Positions 17,110 to 19,939 of a stretch of 19,939 nt of DNA are shown piece by piece. The notes under the pieces were generated by a model, which saw only the letters and a list, made by a program, of their open reading frames with translations, searched no databases and had not been told where the DNA came from. Position 1 is the stretch's first letter. Every line of letters starts with the position of its first letter. The translations under genes were made by a program, and so were the position numbers. Source of the stretch: Fibrobacteria bacterium (GTDB lineage: Bacteria > Fibrobacterota > Fibrobacteria > UBA11236); assembly GCA_050486505.1 (NCBI GenBank), contig JBJHDK010000044.1:1-19939 (forward strand), written 5' to 3'.

Positions 17110-17592
17110 ATGAAAATCTCGAACAACAAAGTCGTCGGCATCGAATACACCCTCAAGGACACCGCCGGAGCCGTGATCGACTCCAATACGGGCGCGGACC
17201 CCCTCTTTTTCATCCAGGGAATGGGCACCATCGTCCCCGGGCTGGAGCGCGCCATGGAAGGCAAAGCTGCCGGCGAGAGTTTCGAGGTCGAAATCAAGGC
17301 CGTTGACGGCTACGGCGAATATGACGCGAGCCGCAAGCGCGGAATCCCACGCGAACAGGTTCCGCAGCTCGCCGAGGCCAAGGTCGGCATGATGCTGCAG
17401 GCCCAGGGACCCGAAGGGGTTTCGATCGTGACGGTCGCCGAGGTGAACGAGAAGGAAATCGTCATCGACGGCAACCATCCCATGGCGGGAAAGGATCTGT
17501 TCTTCTCCATCAAGGTCGCCGAAGTGCGCGACGCGACCGAGGAGGAGCTGTCCCACGGTCACGTCCATGGCCCGGGCGGACACCATCACTAG
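17110..17592 (+). CDS. slyD: FKBP-type peptidyl-prolyl isomerase, SlyD family
   Basis: MKISNNKVVGIEYTL, GTIVPGLERAMEG, GYGEYD, IDGNHPMAGKDLFF, VRDATEEELSHGHVHGPGGHHH. Confidence 0.96.
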   Translation: MKISNNKVVGIEYTLKDTAGAVIDSNTGADPLFFIQGMGTIVPGLERAMEGKAAGESFEVEIKAVDGYGEYDASRKRGIPREQVPQLAEAKVGMMLQAQGPEGVSIVTVAEVNEKEIVIDGNHPMAGKDLFFSIKVAEVRDATEEELSHGHVHGPGGHHH

Positions 17593-17609
17593 CCGCGTTT
17601 CACGCGGCT
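17591..17609 (+). terminator. Hairpin at the slyD stop
   Basis: AGCCGCGT-TTC-ACGCGGCT; no U tract. Confidence 0.4.
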
Positions 17610-17713
17610 GAATTACGAATGACGGGTTGAGGCAAGAACGATGTTCGCATGAAACATCTCCGCGCAGCGCACACAAAACGAATTGCATCCAGCCGCGCAC
17701 CTTTCACTCATGA

Positions 17714-17734
17714 TTCGTAACGCGTAATTCGTAC
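17714..17734 (+). repeat. Short 7-bp array running into the putative aguB promoter motif
   Basis: TTCGTAA CGCGTAA TTCGTAC; inverted partner GAATTACGAAT at 17610-17620. Confidence 0.65.
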
Positions 17735-17743
17735 TTTTCGCCC

Positions 17744-18631
17744 ATGTCCAAGCCCTTTCGTCTCGCCGTGGTGCAGTGCCGCGGCAACTGCCTGCAGCCC
17801 GACCGCTTCGAGACCCTCACCCGCCTGATCCGCGAGGCGGCCGAAGGGGGCGCGCAGGTGGTGCTGCTCCCCGAGCTGATCCTGCACGACTACTTCTGCC
17901 GCACCGAGGAACAGCGCCATTTCGACCTGGCGCACACGTTGGAATCCGAGGCCTCGCGCGCACTGCAGGCACTCGCGACGGAACTCGGTGTCGCCGTGGT
18001 GTTTCCATTCTTCGAGCGCCGCGCCGCCGGTGTGTACCATAACTCCGCCGCGGTTTTCGAAGACGATGGTTCGCTCGCCGGGCTGTACCGCAAGATGCAC
18101 ATCCCCCACGATCCGGGGTTCAACGAGAAGTATTACTTCACGCCCGGCGACCTCGGCTTCAAGTCCATCGCGACCGATGCGGGGAAGCTCGGCGTGCTGA
18201 TCTGCTGGGACCAATGGTTCCCCGAAGGCGCGCGTCTCACCGCCCTGCAAGGCGCAGATGTGCTGCTCTATCCCACCGCCATCGGCTGGGACGACTCCGA
18301 ATCGGGCAGCGTTCCTCCGGGCGAGGCACAGGCGCTCGAAGCGCGTCACCTCGACGCATGGGTAACCATCCAGCGCAGCCACGCCATTGCGAACGGCCTG
18401 TTCGTGGCCGCGGCGAACCGAGTGGGGCGCGAGGGGCACCTGCGCTTCTGGGGAAACTCCTTCATCGCCGGGCCCGGAGGCGAAATCCTGGCGCGCATGG
18501 ACTCCGAAAGCGAAGGCGTCCTCTTTGCCGACATCGATCCCGCGCGCTCCGAAACCGAGCGACGCACCTGGCCCTTTCTGCGCGACCGCCGCGTGGACGC
18601 GTATGGCGCAATGACGGGGAGAGGCGAGTGA
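17744..18631 (+). CDS. aguB: Carbon-nitrogen hydrolase, N-carbamoylputrescine amidase-like
   Basis: E-K-C triad motifs LLPEL, YRKMHIPHDPGFNEKYYFTPGD and LICWDQWFPEGAR; YPTAIGW, IQRSHAIANG, WPFLRDRR; adjacent to agmatine deiminase. Confidence 0.88.
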   Translation: MSKPFRLAVVQCRGNCLQPDRFETLTRLIREAAEGGAQVVLLPELILHDYFCRTEEQRHFDLAHTLESEASRALQALATELGVAVVFPFFERRAAGVYHNSAAVFEDDGSLAGLYRKMHIPHDPGFNEKYYFTPGDLGFKSIATDAGKLGVLICWDQWFPEGARLTALQGADVLLYPTAIGWDDSESGSVPPGEAQALEARHLDAWVTIQRSHAIANGLFVAAANRVGREGHLRFWGNSFIAGPGGEILARMDSESEGVLFADIDPARSETERRTWPFLRDRRVDAYGAMTGRGE

Positions 18632-18633
18632 AG

Positions 18634-18777
18634 GAGTTACGAGTGACGAGTGACGAGTTACGAATGGAGGGGCAAGCGTCCAGAGGTGCTGGTGCCCAAC
18701 TTGTAACTGCATTGCACAGGGACACTTCACTCGGGCGACGCACCCGTTTTCAACTCGTAACTCGTAACTCGTAACTC
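18634..18777. repeat. Inverted pair of 7-bp tandem arrays around a ~90-bp spacer
   Basis: GAGTTAC GAGTGAC GAGTGAC GAGTTAC (18634-18661) and AACTC GTAACTC GTAACTC GTAACTC (18752-18777); 24/26 complementary. Confidence 0.9.
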
Positions 18778-18781
18778 TCCC

Positions 18782-19939
18782 GTGTCCCCACAGCATCGAT
18801 CCATCCTCCCCCCCGAATGGGCGCCGCAGCGCGCCGTGTGGTTCACTTGGCCGCAGAATGCCGACACCTGGACACCCGTGTGGGACGAGGCGCGCGCGAC
18901 GTATGAAGCCGTGATCGCGCAGGCCCTGCGTTTTCAGGACGTAATGTTGCTCGTCTCCATGGAGTCCCTGAAGAACGAGTTGGAAACACGGCTCGCACCC
19001 GTGCGTGCCGGCAAACCCTACATCCTGGAAATTCTTGTCTGCCCCACCAACGACAGCTGGATCCGCGACTACGGCGCGCAGGCCGTCCGCACGACCGATG
19101 CCGATGGTACCGTCTCGCCGGCGATGCTTTCCTTCGGTTTCAACTCCTGGGGCGGAAAATATCCTCCCTGGGAAGCCGACGATGCCGTTCCGCGCTTCAT
19201 GGCCGCGCACCGCGGGCTTCCTTGCATCGAAGTGCCGATGGTCCTGGAAGGCGGGTCCATCGACGTGAACGGCGAAGGACTGCTGCTCACCACGGAATCG
19301 TGCCTGCTGAACCCCAACCGGAACCCCGGCATGTCGCGTGCCGACATCGAATCCGCGCTGGAACGTTACCTTGGCGCGCGCGAGGTGCTCTGGCTTGAGT
19401 CGGGAATCGACGGGGACGACACGGACGGGCACATCGACGATCTGGCGCGCTTCACCGATGCACGCACCGTGGTCTGCGCGGTGGAAGCGGACGCCGCGGA
19501 CGAAAACTTCGCTGCGCTGCGTCGCAACGCCGACCGCCTGCGGGACTATGCCGCGCGCCACGACCTGCGCCTCATCGAGGTGCCGATGCCCGGACGCCAG
19601 ATCCGTTCGGGTCTCCGCACTCCGGCAACCTACATGAACTTTTTGATCCTGAATGGCGCGGTGTTGTTACCTGTTTTCAACGACCCGCGGGATGCCGAAA
19701 CCGTCAAGCTATTCAAAACCCTGTTTCCGGATCGCGAAATCGTACCCATCGACTGCCGTGCGCTGGTCTACGGTCAGGGGGCGATCCACTGTTCGTCGAT
19801 TCAGGAGGCGATGATTTCAGGCGGGGGCGGGAAAAAAAACCACCAGCAGGGGTTAAGGAAGGGGGAAACCAAACGAGAGGCCCGACAAACCCCGTTTCGG
19901 GCCAGCGAAGAAAAGATGCAACCCACCCTAGACCCCCCC
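18782..19939 (+). CDS. aguA: Agmatine deiminase family protein; no stop within the window
   Basis: Absent from the ORF track and translated by hand from GTG 18782: LPPEWAPQRAVWFTWP, NDSWIRDYG, FNSWGGKY, LEGGSIDVNGEG, DDTDGHIDDLARF, ATYMNF, GAIHCSSIQE. Family similarity ends near 19810. Confidence 0.93.
   Translation, partial: MSPQHRSILPPEWAPQRAVWFTWPQNADTWTPVWDEARATYEAVIAQALRFQDVMLLVSMESLKNELETRLAPVRAGKPYILEILVCPTNDSWIRDYGAQAVRTTDADGTVSPAMLSFGFNSWGGKYPPWEADDAVPRFMAAHRGLPCIEVPMVLEGGSIDVNGEGLLLTTESCLLNPNRNPGMSRADIESALERYLGAREVLWLESGIDGDDTDGHIDDLARFTDARTVVCAVEADAADENFAALRRNADRLRDYAARHDLRLIEVPMPGRQIRSGLRTPATYMNFLILNGAVLLPVFNDPRDAETVKLFKTLFPDREIVPIDCRALVYGQGAIHCSSIQEAMISGGGGKKNHQQGLRKGETKREARQTPFRASEEKMQPTLDPP

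Noticed and set aside
18634..18777. CRISPR array
   Set aside because: 7-bp tandem units without unique spacers, and no cas genes.

Overview
GC-rich bacterial window, probably FCB group and most consistent with Fibrobacterota (inferred from T9SS/FlgD-type C-terminal domains, DUF2341 proteins and TAnnTT promoter motifs). Housekeeping genes (rph, pheA, gatA, truA, slyD, aguB-aguA, an NlpC/P60 lipoprotein, DUF4321) are mixed with large secreted proteins: two DUF2341 paralogues, a PVC-type dehydrogenase-like propeller, a ThuA-like protein and an M6/InhA-like protein whose HExxH motif is replaced. The most striking unexplained structure is a set of 7-bp-period repeat arrays in the intergenic gaps. 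One inverted pair (28/31 bp) brackets an antisense, AT-richer four-helix-bundle gene (8296-8802). Another pair brackets a gene-less spacer between aguB and aguA, and degenerate or orphan arrays sit against stop codons and promoter motifs. Also present are GTAG-type REP palindromes (one apparently inside a signal-peptide coding region), several apparently leaderless genes and a perfect 19-bp operator-like palindrome. The last ~120 bp look like low-quality contig end. All family calls come from motif recognition by eye; no searches were run.
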